From Candidatus Methylomirabilia bacterium (GTDB lineage: Bacteria > Methylomirabilota > Methylomirabilia > Rokubacteriales > CSP1-6): 38,243 nt of DNA. Position numbers and translations under genes: made by a program. Position 1 is the stretch's first letter. Each line of letters opens with the position of its first letter. A model generated the notes under the pieces. That model worked only from the letters and a program-made list of their open reading frames with translations, was not told the origin of the DNA and did not search any database. Of this stretch, positions 1 through 8,598 are shown piece after piece. The DNA lies in assembly GCA_041496385.1 (NCBI GenBank), contig JBGQEL010000035.1, positions 1 through 38,243 on the forward strand, in the 5' to 3' direction.

Positions 1-42
1 CCCCCCTGTAACGTGATCGTTCGCGTGGGCGAAGGGCTGCGT

Positions 43-118
43 GGGGCTGTAGCTCAGTTGGGAGAGCACAAGGCTGGCAGTCTTGGGGTCAGGGGTTCGA
101 CTCCCCTCAGCTCCACCA
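43..118 (+). tRNA. tRNA-Ala (anticodon GGC)
   Basis: 76-nt cloverleaf: acceptor stem GGGGCTG/CAGCTCC with the G3:U70 Ala identity pair, D arm TAGCTCAGTTGGGAGAGC, anticodon loop CTGGCAG, T loop GGTTCGACT, encoded CCA. Confidence 0.97.
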
Positions 119-221
119 ATCCTTCGCGACACGCGCGGCGCGCTCCTGATTCACCCCGACCTCCCCGGTTGAGTGGAGGCAGGATCTGGCCGCACCCGGC
201 GGCCCGCAGACGAGAGGCGCG

Positions 222-632
222 GTGAAGAAGAGGATCCTGATCGTCGACGACGAGCCCTCCGTCACGGACATCCTGCGCGAATTCTTCGCTCGCTTCGAGC
301 ACGGGCACCAGTACGAGACCACCACCGCGCGCGACGGCGCCGACGCCCTGATGCTTCTCCTCCGCCAGGAGTTCGACCTCGTGCTGCTCGACATGAACAT
401 GCCCCGGCTCGGCGGCTTGGCGCTGCTCAAGGAACTGCGCGGGCTGGGGCTCAAGGTGCCGGTGCTCATGCTCACGGCCAACCAGGACTCCAAGGCGGCG
501 GCCGAGGCCATCGGCGCCGGCGTCGTCGCGTACGTGCCAAAGCCCTTCGACTTCATGGAGCTCGAGCACCTCGTCGCCCTCGCCCTGGCGCGCCCGAACC
601 GCGCCCCCGGCGGCACCGCGGCGAGCGGCTGA
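222..632 (+). CDS. Single-domain response regulator (CheY-like receiver)
   Basis: ILIVDDE, FDLVLLDMNMP (phospho-acceptor Asp), MLTA, YVPKPF; GAGAGG RBS-like sequence before the GTG. Confidence 0.93.
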   Translation: MKKRILIVDDEPSVTDILREFFARFEHGHQYETTTARDGADALMLLLRQEFDLVLLDMNMPRLGGLALLKELRGLGLKVPVLMLTANQDSKAAAEAIGAGVVAYVPKPFDFMELEHLVALALARPNRAPGGTAASG

Positions 633-967
633 TGTCCCGCGCGGTCCTCTACAACAAGAGCGGCTGACCCACCTGCACCAACGCGAGGGAGGCTCTCTCG
701 CGCCGCGGCGTCCTGTTCGAGGACCGGCTGGTCGAGACGGCGCCGCTGGATCGCGCCGCGACGCTCGCGCTCGCGCGCGGCGCCCGCCGACTGCTCGTCA
801 AGTCGGCCGACGGCGTCCTGCGGCTCGACGCGCCCCTCGCGGAGGCGGACCTGGTCCGCCACCTGGTGCACGCGGACGGGTTCCTGCGGGTCCCGGTCCT
901 CGTGCTGGGCGACGTGCTCGTGCGGGGCTACACGGAAGAGCTCTACCGCGAGGCGCTCGGCGATTAG
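632..967 (+). CDS. Probable selenoprotein, ArsC/Spx (thioredoxin-fold) family, UxxC motif, 111 aa
   Basis: ATG 632 overlaps the upstream stop (TGATG). MSRAVLYNKSG-TGA(665-667)-PTCTNAREALSRRGV... stays open to TAG 965-967. C-terminal FLRVPVLVLGDVLVRGY resembles the ArsC/Spx RP motif region. A hairpin follows the UGA. Confidence 0.85.
682..702 (+). promoter_or_regulatory. Candidate bacterial SECIS element
   Basis: CGCGAGGG-AGGCT-CTCTCGCG stem-loop (8-9 bp, one G:U, G-containing loop) beginning 14 nt after the UGA at 665-667. Confidence 0.7.
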
Positions 968-1614
968 TCGAGGACGGTGGCCGTGAGGGTCATGAGCGTC
1001 TCGCTCGCGCTCTGGCTCCGGGCGACGCCCAGGATCCGGCGGGTCACCTCGTGCATGCTGGTCGTCGCGCCGCCGAGCTGGACCGGCCGGCCGCTGGGCA
1101 CGATCAGCTCGGCCGCGGCCTCGTTGACCTCGATGACGCCGGCGCGTTCCGCCGAGAACCAGCTGATGGACGGCGTCACCCGGACCCGCACCTGGTTGCC
1201 CGGCAGGATCGTCGCCCCCACCTTGAGCGCGGTGCCGACGTCCCTGAACTCCACGGAGGGCGCCAGGAGTCCGGCGCCCGTCAGGTAGTCGCGGTAGAAG
1301 GTCACCTGCGCGTAGGGCACCGAGCCGGCGACGAGCAGGGTGGATTCGCCGCCGTCCTGAACGATCGTGAAGATCCCGCTCGTCTGGGTCACGCGCCGCT
1401 CGCTCGACTCGACGCCGGCGCGGCCCGACGGGCGCGCGCCGCCCCGTTCCGTGATGATCACGCGCCCGCGGCCCTGGACGGCGTCCCGGCTCTGCGTGCC
1501 CGACTGCCGGACGTCCAGGCTCACCTTCACCTGCCTGGCCCCCTGGGCGCGCGGCGCGGCGGGCCGGCCGACGGCCAGGAACGCCAGCGCCAGGGCGAGG
1601 ATCGCGCGGGCCAC
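964..1614 (-). CDS. Short secretin-domain (type II/III secretion system secretin-like) exported protein
   Basis: Signal peptide after GTG 1614. Secretin-like segments QDGGESTLLVAGSVPY, VEFRDVGTALKV..I...VRVRVTPSIS and LIVPSGRPVQLGG. No N-domains. Confidence 0.6.
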   Translation of the reverse strand: MARAILALALAFLAVGRPAAPRAQGARQVKVSLDVRQSGTQSRDAVQGRGRVIITERGGARPSGRAGVESSERRVTQTSGIFTIVQDGGESTLLVAGSVPYAQVTFYRDYLTGAGLLAPSVEFRDVGTALKVGATILPGNQVRVRVTPSISWFSAERAGVIEVNEAAAELIVPSGRPVQLGGATTSMHEVTRRILGVARSQSASETLMTLTATVLD

Positions 1615-1674
1615 ATCGAGAGCGTAACGCCGCTGGCGTCCGGGACTCAAATTGCATAAATTATCCGGGACGAC

Positions 1675-1998
1675 ATGGCCAGGCCGCGCGACCTCTATAT
1701 CGTGGCGACCGACCGGCGCGTGCTCTACGACCTCTTCCGGCGCCAGTTCGCCACCGACCCGCACGTGGAGGTCATCCTCGACCGCCGCAGGCGCGAGCGG
1801 CGCGCCACGCGCGGCAACACGCCGGAGGAGCGCCGCCGCGCGGACCGTCGCAAGGCCGAGCACGCGCATCTCCTGGTGACCCTGGGCGTGGCCCTCGTCT
1901 CTCGCGCGCTCCGCGAGAAGCTCGCGCAGGAGCGCGCGGCGGCTGCGAAGCCGGTGCGCGCCCGCAAGAAGCCTAGCCGCCGAGGTAGAGGCGCTTGA
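1675..1998 (+). CDS. Hypothetical protein with DRR/ERR repeats
   Basis: Coding-like codon usage; VEVILDRRRRERR...ERRRADRR. Confidence 0.7.
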   Translation: MARPRDLYIVATDRRVLYDLFRRQFATDPHVEVILDRRRRERRATRGNTPEERRRADRRKAEHAHLLVTLGVALVSRALREKLAQERAAAAKPVRARKKPSRRGRGA

Positions 1999-2689
1999 CC
2001 TCGGGGTCGGCCAGGAGCGCGGTCCCCGCCCCCTCGAAGCGGTTCCGTCCGAGCTCCAGCACGTAGCCGCGGTCGGCGATCGTCAGCGCGCGCACCGCGT
2101 TCTGCTCGACGAGCATCAGCGTGTAGCCCGCGCGCTTCATCTCGACGAGCGTGCCGAAGATCAGCGTGACGAACTTCGGTGAGAGGCCGAGCGAGGGCTC
2201 GTCGAGGAGCACGAGCCGCGGAGACGTCATCAGCGCGCGGCCGATCGCGACCATCTGCTGCTCCCCGCCGGACATGGTCCCCGCCTTCTGCCGCCGCCGT
2301 TCGAACAGCACGGGGAACAGCGCGTACACGGTCTCGAGGGCCGCGGCCACCTTCCGGGACTCCGGAACGATGTACGCGCCCATCTCGAGGTTCTCGAGCA
2401 CCGTCATCTGGGGGAAGACCAGGCGCCCCTGCGGGACGTAGGCGAGCCCCCGACGCAGCACGAGGTCGGGCCGGAGACCCGTGATCTCCTCGCCGTTGAA
2501 GACGACGCGCCCGCTCTTCGGCTGGAGGAACCCGACGATCGCCTTGAAGGCGGTGGACTTGCCGGCGCCGTTCGGCCCGATCACGCTCACGATCTCGCCC
2601 ACGCTCACGGCCAGCGAGACCTCGTGCAGGATGTCCAGGTTGCCGTAGCCCGCGGTGATGCGGTAGGCGCTGAGAAGCGGGGTGCTCAC
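1973..2689 (-). CDS. livF: Branched-chain amino acid ABC transporter ATP-binding protein, LivF-like
   Basis: GPNGAGKST, YVPQGR, MSGGEQQ, LLDEPSLGLSP, LVEQN, YLGG C-terminus. Confidence 0.93.
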   Translation of the reverse strand: MSTPLLSAYRITAGYGNLDILHEVSLAVSVGEIVSVIGPNGAGKSTAFKAIVGFLQPKSGRVVFNGEEITGLRPDLVLRRGLAYVPQGRLVFPQMTVLENLEMGAYIVPESRKVAAALETVYALFPVLFERRRQKAGTMSGGEQQMVAIGRALMTSPRLVLLDEPSLGLSPKFVTLIFGTLVEMKRAGYTLMLVEQNAVRALTIADRGYVLELGRNRFEGAGTALLADPEVKRLYLGG

Positions 2690-3339
2690 GCCCGGGCCCT
2701 CGCGGTGCCCACGTAGAGAACGTGCGGGTACGGCAGGAAGTCGAGCATCGCGTGGCGCCGCACCGTGAACCCCGCCGCGACGAGCGCCGCCGACAGCTCC
2801 TCGGCGCTCCAGTAGCTCACGCGGGCGGACGGCTGCAGAAGCTTGTCGAGCGTCCAGGTGAACCAGCGCTTGGGCGCGGGGCGCGTGTCCACGTCCTTCA
2901 CGAGCAGCGTGCCCCCCGGCGGCAGGCAGCGGCGGAGCTGCGCCAGGAGCGGCGCCACGGTCTCGCGCGGCACGTGGTGGACGATGTCGAGCATGTACGC
3001 CGCGGCGACCTCACCGTCGCCCTTGAAGTCGCGCGCGTCGCGCTCCTCGTAGGCGACGTTCTCGATGCCCAGGCGCGCGGCGGCGCGGCGGGCCATGGCG
3101 ACGCGGCGGCCGTTCAGGTCGATGCCCCGGACGAAGCGTCTCGGCCCCGTCGCGGCGTAGTAGAGCGAGAACAGCCCGAAGCCGCAGCCGATGTCGAGCA
3201 CGTCGCCCGCGTCCGGCAGGTACTGGCCGATCTCGTCGAGAAAGCGCTGGCGCAGGATCCAGAAGCGCGCCCAGCAGTAGGCCCGCACGACCGGATCGTC
3301 GTACGCGGCGATGATGCGGCGGATCGTCTCACCGTGCAT
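2686..3339 (-). CDS. Class I SAM-dependent methyltransferase
   Basis: Start MHGETIRR at 3339; VLDIGCGFG, GIDLN, LDIVHHVP, LPPGGTLLV. Confidence 0.88.
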   Translation of the reverse strand: MHGETIRRIIAAYDDPVVRAYCWARFWILRQRFLDEIGQYLPDAGDVLDIGCGFGLFSLYYAATGPRRFVRGIDLNGRRVAMARRAAARLGIENVAYEERDARDFKGDGEVAAAYMLDIVHHVPRETVAPLLAQLRRCLPPGGTLLVKDVDTRPAPKRWFTWTLDKLLQPSARVSYWSAEELSAALVAAGFTVRRHAMLDFLPYPHVLYVGTARARA

Positions 3340-4780
3340 AGATCCGGTAGCCGTCGCCCCGCGCCTCGATCCGGTAGCGCGCGAGCCGCGCGGCGAGCTC
3401 GGGGAACCGCTCGACGCGCTCATAGCCGCCCGCGGGCCACCCGTGCTCGAAGAGCACGACGAAGCGCGGCGGCGACGCGTCGAGGTCCCGGATGAGCTCC
3501 GCACGCAGCCCGCGGATCGTCGGCGTCTCGGCGTCGTGGTAGAACGGAAAATCGTAGACGAAGCGGCTCGGCTGGCGCGCGCGCAGGCGCAGGAGCGCGT
3601 GGGTGCCGCCCTCCGTCGTGTCGAGCGCCTGCACGGTGTCGCCGGGCGCCAGCCGGCCGTCGAGCGCGCGCGCGACGGCGGCGACGCGCCGCTCCTTGGC
3701 CGCGACCCACGCGGCGTCGCTCGCCTCCACACCCTTCACCGCCAGCAGCGCGACGGCGGTCACGGCGCACGCCGCGAGCGGCGCCGCGGCGAGCGTCCGC
3801 CGCTCGCCGGCGAGACGCCCGACCTCGGCGAAGAGGAGAACGGCGGCGAAGGCGGCCAGCGGGTAGAGGTGGTATTCCCAGCCCTTGCCCTGGCCGAAGA
3901 AATGGATGAGGCCGTAGAGGAGGCCGAGGGCGCCGAGCGCGTGCCGCGTGCCGAGCCGGCCGCGCGCGAGCGCGGTGCCGAGCGAGAGGAGCGCGCCGGC
4001 GCCGAGCGCGAGCCAGACGTGCCAGCGGTAGAACGTCCATTCGGCCGGCCGCCCGAGGCGCGAGTAGAGCGGCAGGAGATAGTCGAACACGAGCCGTGAC
4101 CACGCGCCCAGCGCGCCGCGCGCGCCCACCCAGGCGACGACCAGCACGGGAATCAACGCCAGGCCGGCGGCGAAGCGCGCCATCGGCGCCCACGGCGCGA
4201 TCCCGCCGCGGCGCGCCAGCAGGAGCACGGCGACGAGGAGGCCGGCGGCGAGCGCGGCGGCATGCGGCTTGATCGTGACGCCGGCGCCGAGCGCCACCCC
4301 GCTCCACGCGAGGCTCAGCGGCCGCCGCCGCTCGGCCCAGCGCGCGACGCCGAGAACCGAGAGGAGCAGGAACGGGCACAGCAGGAAGTCGCGCTGGCCC
4401 GCCTGCCAGGCGCCGCCGGCCAGGTGATAGGCCGCGAAGAAGAGCCCGGCGCCCCACGCCGCGAGCCGCCCCCACCCCGCGGCGAGGGCCGCGGCGCAGC
4501 CGGCGGTGCCGGCGAGCCAGAGGAGGTCGAACGCCCGCCAGCCCGCGTCCCCGGCGCCGAACAGCCGGAGCGCCAGGACGTGCACGAGGTAGACGCCGGG
4601 CATGTTCATGTCGAAGAGGTCGCGGTAGGGCGCCGCGCCCTCCCCGATCCGCCACGCGATGTAGTGCATGATCGGCGCGTCGTGGACGAGCGGCCAGCCG
4701 CGCGAGCGCCAGGCGAGCGCCGCGACGAGCAGGGCCAGCGGCGGCAGCAGGAGGAGCTCAGCGGCCGAAGTACGCTTCAA
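3329..4780 (-). CDS. Polytopic membrane protein, GT-C fold glycosyltransferase-like (ArnT/PMT-like)
   Basis: Many transmembrane segments; first loop LVHDAPIMHYIAW...PYRDLFDMNMPG; IKPHA and WEYHLYP; soluble C-terminal domain. Confidence 0.7.
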   Translation of the reverse strand: MKRTSAAELLLLPPLALLVAALAWRSRGWPLVHDAPIMHYIAWRIGEGAAPYRDLFDMNMPGVYLVHVLALRLFGAGDAGWRAFDLLWLAGTAGCAAALAAGWGRLAAWGAGLFFAAYHLAGGAWQAGQRDFLLCPFLLLSVLGVARWAERRRPLSLAWSGVALGAGVTIKPHAAALAAGLLVAVLLLARRGGIAPWAPMARFAAGLALIPVLVVAWVGARGALGAWSRLVFDYLLPLYSRLGRPAEWTFYRWHVWLALGAGALLSLGTALARGRLGTRHALGALGLLYGLIHFFGQGKGWEYHLYPLAAFAAVLLFAEVGRLAGERRTLAAAPLAACAVTAVALLAVKGVEASDAAWVAAKERRVAAVARALDGRLAPGDTVQALDTTEGGTHALLRLRARQPSRFVYDFPFYHDAETPTIRGLRAELIRDLDASPPRFVVLFEHGWPAGGYERVERFPELAARLARYRIEARGDGYRIYAR

Positions 4781-5462
4781 TGACGCGCTCGTCGGTCTGG
4801 ATCCGGCCCGGGGGGCCCTCCGCGATCTTCTCGCCGTGGTCGAGGACGAACACCGTCTCGCAGAGCCCCATGATGACCTTCATGTCGTGCTCGACCAGGA
4901 GGATCGTCTTCCCCTGGTCGCGAAGCCGGCGGACCGCGTCGAGCAGGTCGTTCAGCAGCGTGCGGTTCACCCCGGCCGCGGGCTCGTCGAGGAGGACCAG
5001 CGCGGGGTCGCGCATCAGCACGCGGACGAACTCCACGAGCTTCTGCTGGCCGTAGGAGAGGTTGCCCGCGTACTCGTCGCGGAGCCGCTCGAGCTTCACG
5101 AAGGCGAGGAGCTCGAGCGCGCGCTCGCGCGCGGCGGCGAGGCTTCCGCGCGTGACGACGAGCAGGTTCTCGAGCGCCGAGAGCTCGGGAAACACCCGGA
5201 TCACCTGGAACGTCCGCCCGATCCCCTTCTGCGCGATCTGCCAGGGGCGGAGCCCGTCGATGCGCTCGCCGTTGAAGCGGACGTGCCCCGCGTCGCGCCG
5301 CTCGAGGCCCGTGATGCAGTTGAAGAGCGTGGTCTTGCCCGAGCCGTTCGGGCCGATGAGGCCGTGGATCCGGCCCGTCTCGAGCGCGAGCGACACGCCG
5401 TCCACCGCGGTGACGCCGCCGAAGTGCTTCCGGAGCCCCTCGACCTCGAGCGCCGCCGTCAC
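4758..5462 (-). CDS. livG: ABC transporter ATP-binding protein, LivG-like
   Basis: FGGVTAVDGV, GPNGSGKTT, RTFQ, LSYGQQK, LLDEPAAG, VEHDM. Confidence 0.93.
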   Translation of the reverse strand: MTAALEVEGLRKHFGGVTAVDGVSLALETGRIHGLIGPNGSGKTTLFNCITGLERRDAGHVRFNGERIDGLRPWQIAQKGIGRTFQVIRVFPELSALENLLVVTRGSLAAARERALELLAFVKLERLRDEYAGNLSYGQQKLVEFVRVLMRDPALVLLDEPAAGVNRTLLNDLLDAVRRLRDQGKTILLVEHDMKVIMGLCETVFVLDHGEKIAEGPPGRIQTDERVIEAYFGR

Positions 5463-6389
5463 CTAGATCGTCCTCGGCAGCCGGTAGCGGATCTGGAGCA
5501 GCCCCAGCACGCCCCGGGGCATCAGCAGCACGACCGCGACGATGATCGCGCCGAAGAGGAGCTGGTGCAGGTAGATGAAGCGCGCCCAGACGACCTCCTG
5601 GAACACGAAGAGGACGACGGCGCCGAGCACCGGCCCCCAGACGGTTCCCTTGCCGCCAAAGAGGACCATCACGATCATCGTGATCGTCATCGCGAGCGGG
5701 AACACGCTGACGGGCTCGATGTAGCCCTGGTCGCGGGCCGCGAGCCCGCCCGCGATGCCCGGCCCCACCGCGGAGAGGAGGAAGGCGTAGAGCTTGTGCC
5801 GGGCGGTGTCGATGCCCATCGCCTCCGCCGCCACCTCGTCCTCGCGGATCGTCATGAGCCGGAGCCCGAATCGCGAGGTGATCACCGCGTACGTCAGGCC
5901 GGTGACGGCGGCGGCGGTGAGCGCCATCGCGTAGTAGATCGGCACCGACGCTTCGAGCGTCGGCAGGGAGAGCCCGCTGCCGCCGCCCGTGAGCCCCTCG
6001 AAGTACGACACGAGGGCGCGCAGCACCTCGTTGAGGCCGAGCATCGCGATCGCGAAGTACGGCCCCTTGAGCCGGAGGCAGGGATACCCGATGACGAGCG
6101 CCAGCAGGGCCGCCGCGCCGCCCCCCGCGAGCGAGGCCACGGGCCACGGCCATCCCGCCTTCACCACGAGGATCCCCGCCGCGTAGGAGCCCGCGCCGAA
6201 GAACGCGACGTGGCCGAACGAGACGTAGCCCGTGAGCCCCGAGATGATGTTCCAGGAGCCCGCGAGCGCGACCCACATGAAGAGCTGGAGCGCGGCGCGC
6301 ACGCCGTAGCCGGTCGCGACGACCGGGTAGAGCGCGAGCAGGACGGCCGCCGCGGCGAGCGCGGCGAGGAAGCCGCCCCGCGCGCTCAC
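5463..6389 (-). CDS. livM: Branched-chain amino acid ABC permease, LivM-like
   Basis: WNIISGLTGYVSFGHVAFFG, LRLKGPYFAI, IREDEVAAEAMGI, GGKGTVWGP; GTG 6389 overlaps the livH stop. Confidence 0.92.
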   Translation of the reverse strand: MSARGGFLAALAAAAVLLALYPVVATGYGVRAALQLFMWVALAGSWNIISGLTGYVSFGHVAFFGAGSYAAGILVVKAGWPWPVASLAGGGAAALLALVIGYPCLRLKGPYFAIAMLGLNEVLRALVSYFEGLTGGGSGLSLPTLEASVPIYYAMALTAAAVTGLTYAVITSRFGLRLMTIREDEVAAEAMGIDTARHKLYAFLLSAVGPGIAGGLAARDQGYIEPVSVFPLAMTITMIVMVLFGGKGTVWGPVLGAVVLFVFQEVVWARFIYLHQLLFGAIIVAVVLLMPRGVLGLLQIRYRLPRTI

Positions 6390-7264
6390 GTCTGGCGCCC
6401 GCCCAGGAGGCCCGTGGGCCGGACGAGCAGCACGAGGACGAGCAGCACGTAGGCCACCGCCTCCGAGAGCTGGGCGGTGAGGAAGAGCGAGGCGAGCTGC
6501 TCGACGAGACCCAGCAGGACCCCGCCCAGGAGCGCCCCCGGGTAGTTGCCGGCGCCGCCGAGCACGATCACGAGAAACGACTTGAAGGTCCAGATCTGGC
6601 CCATCTCGGGCTGGATCGCGACGATCACCGAGAGGAGCGTGCCGCCCGCGGCGGCGAGCGCCGCGGCGAGCCCGAAGGTCACCAGGTGGATGCGCGGGAC
6701 GTTGATGCCGCACACGAGCGCCACGTCGCGGTTCTGCGAGGTCGCGCGGATGGCCTTGCCGAGCCGCGTCCGGCCGAGGAAGAGGAACGCGCCGCCGCTG
6801 ACGATGGCGGCCACCCCGAACGCGATCGCGCGCGACTTCGACAGCGCGAACGGGCCGAGCGGCCAGGAGCCCGTGATGTACTCCACCGAGCGCAGGTCGG
6901 AGGTGAAGCCGAGCTGGGCAAGATTGACGAGCGCGATCGACACGCCGAACGTGAGCAGGAGCGACGAGAGCTCGGGCGCGTCGACGACCCGGAAGACGAG
7001 CGTCCGCTGCAGGAACACGCCGAGGGCGAAGAGCAGGAGCATCGAGGCCGGCAGCGTCAGGTACGGGTTCAGCCCGAGGGATTGGTGGAGGATGACGGTC
7101 GTGTAGGCCCCGAGCATGAGGAAGGGGCCGTGCGCGATGTTGATCACCCGCATCACCCCGAAGATCAGGGCGAGGCCGAGCGCCACCATCGCGTAGAGCG
7201 CCCCGGAGAGGATGCCGGAGATCACCACCTGCCCCACCATCTCCGGGGTGATGGCGACGTTCAC
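6386..7264 (-). CDS. livH: Branched-chain amino acid ABC permease, LivH-like
   Basis: GLALIFGVMRVINIAHG, GKAIRA, VLLVRPTGLLG. Confidence 0.92.
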   Translation of the reverse strand: MNVAITPEMVGQVVISGILSGALYAMVALGLALIFGVMRVINIAHGPFLMLGAYTTVILHQSLGLNPYLTLPASMLLLFALGVFLQRTLVFRVVDAPELSSLLLTFGVSIALVNLAQLGFTSDLRSVEYITGSWPLGPFALSKSRAIAFGVAAIVSGGAFLFLGRTRLGKAIRATSQNRDVALVCGINVPRIHLVTFGLAAALAAAGGTLLSVIVAIQPEMGQIWTFKSFLVIVLGGAGNYPGALLGGVLLGLVEQLASLFLTAQLSEAVAYVLLVLVLLVRPTGLLGGRQT

Positions 7265-7290
7265 GACGCTATGGCCGCTCGCGCCTCGCG

Positions 7291-7336
7291 TGACGCCCGG
7301 CGGGGGGCGGGGTCGCTCCGCCGCTTCCGGGCGTCA
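7291..7336 (-). terminator. Intergenic stem-loop between the substrate-binding and permease genes (mRNA stabiliser or partial terminator)
   Basis: TGACGCCCGG (7291-7300) / CCGGGCGTCA (7327-7336) perfect 10-bp inverted repeat plus an inner GC stem; no U-tract. Confidence 0.55.
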
Positions 7337-7345
7337 TGCCGCGGG

Positions 7346-8515
7346 TCAGCGCTGGTTCCAGGGCGGCGTCGGGAACCGCGGCTTGCCGTTCGCCAGGTCG
7401 TCGGGCCAGACGACGACGCGCTTGCCGTCCTGCCACTGGAGCAGGACCATCTTGTGGGCGACCTGGAAGCCGTCCTTGTCCACTTGGTAATCGCCGAACA
7501 TCGTCCGCAGCTTCATGCCGAGCAGCGCCTCGCGGACACGGTCGGCGTCGAGCGTGCCCGCCTTCTTGACGCCCTCGGCGTAGAGCATGCAGCCCGCATA
7601 GCCCGCGGCGGAGTGATAGCTCGGCTCCTGCGAGAACTCCTTCTTGTACGCCTCGTAGAACTCCATGGCGCCGGGGTACGGAAGCACGCCCTCCCACTGC
7701 GTCGAGCCGTAGATGTAGTCCGCCGTCTGCTTCAGCAGCTCGTGGAACTTCGGGATATCGCCGCCGACCGTGACGCCGAACATCTTCGGGTTCACGTTCA
7801 GCTCCTTCATCTGGCGCGCAATGGCGACGGCGTCGTCGAAGTAGGTCGCGGCCGCGAGCACGTCGGCGTTCGAGGCCTTGATCTTGGTGAGGATGGCCGA
7901 GAAGTCCTGGTTCCCCTTCGGGTACGCCTCCTGGAAGACGACCTGGAGGCCGGCCTTCTTCGCGAGCTCGACCGTTCCCGCGGTGGAGGCCTTCGGGAAG
8001 AGCGTGTCCTCGTTGACCACGGCGATGGTCTTGAGACCCCGCTTGGCCGCGATGTCCACCATCCCCTCGAGGTAGATCTCGGCGGGCGAGAGGATCATGA
8101 AGGCGTACTTCCGCCCCTTCTTGAAGATCTCGGTCGTCGCGGCGAGCGGCGCCACCATGACCTTCTTGTACTTCTCGGTGACGTTGGCGACGGCCTCGCT
8201 GACCGCCGACGAGTACGGCCCCATCACCGCGTCCACCTTGTCCTCGGTGATGAGCTTCTCGTAGAGCCGGACGCCGGTGGCGGGCTGCGACTGGTCGTCG
8301 TAGACGACCATCTCGACCTTGCGGCCGAGGAGGCCGCCCTTGGCGCCCAGGTCCTTCATGCACAGCTTGTAGCCCTCGTGCTGGTAGCGGCCGGGCTGAG
8401 CGTAGGTCCCGGTGAGCGAGAGCGAGGCGCCGATGCGGATCGGCGCCTGCGCGCCGGCGGGGATACCGCCGCCGAGCACGGCGACCGCGGCGACGAGAGC
8501 GCCGAGTGCTTTCAT
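7346..8515 (-). CDS. Liv-family ABC substrate-binding protein
   Basis: Signal peptide MKALGALVAAVAV; PIRIGASLSLTG, GGLLGRKVE, YDDQS, GPYSS; GGAGGA RBS. Confidence 0.92.
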   Translation of the reverse strand: MKALGALVAAVAVLGGGIPAGAQAPIRIGASLSLTGTYAQPGRYQHEGYKLCMKDLGAKGGLLGRKVEMVVYDDQSQPATGVRLYEKLITEDKVDAVMGPYSSAVSEAVANVTEKYKKVMVAPLAATTEIFKKGRKYAFMILSPAEIYLEGMVDIAAKRGLKTIAVVNEDTLFPKASTAGTVELAKKAGLQVVFQEAYPKGNQDFSAILTKIKASNADVLAAATYFDDAVAIARQMKELNVNPKMFGVTVGGDIPKFHELLKQTADYIYGSTQWEGVLPYPGAMEFYEAYKKEFSQEPSYHSAAGYAGCMLYAEGVKKAGTLDADRVREALLGMKLRTMFGDYQVDKDGFQVAHKMVLLQWQDGKRVVVWPDDLANGKPRFPTPPWNQR

Positions 8516-8598
8516 TATGGGAGTCCTCCGGATGTGGAGATCGAAGCCCACCACGGATACCATCCGCGGCTTTGACGTGTCAAGGCGCGGGCCGGTGG

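Noticed and set aside
43..221. tRNA as an integration site for a prophage or island
   Set aside because: I saw no integrase, no duplicated tRNA 3' end and no compositional shift in the window.
173..667. 164-aa track ORF ending in MSRAVLYNKSG
   Set aside because: Shadow frame of the response regulator; only its last 11 codons are real, as the selenoprotein N-terminus.
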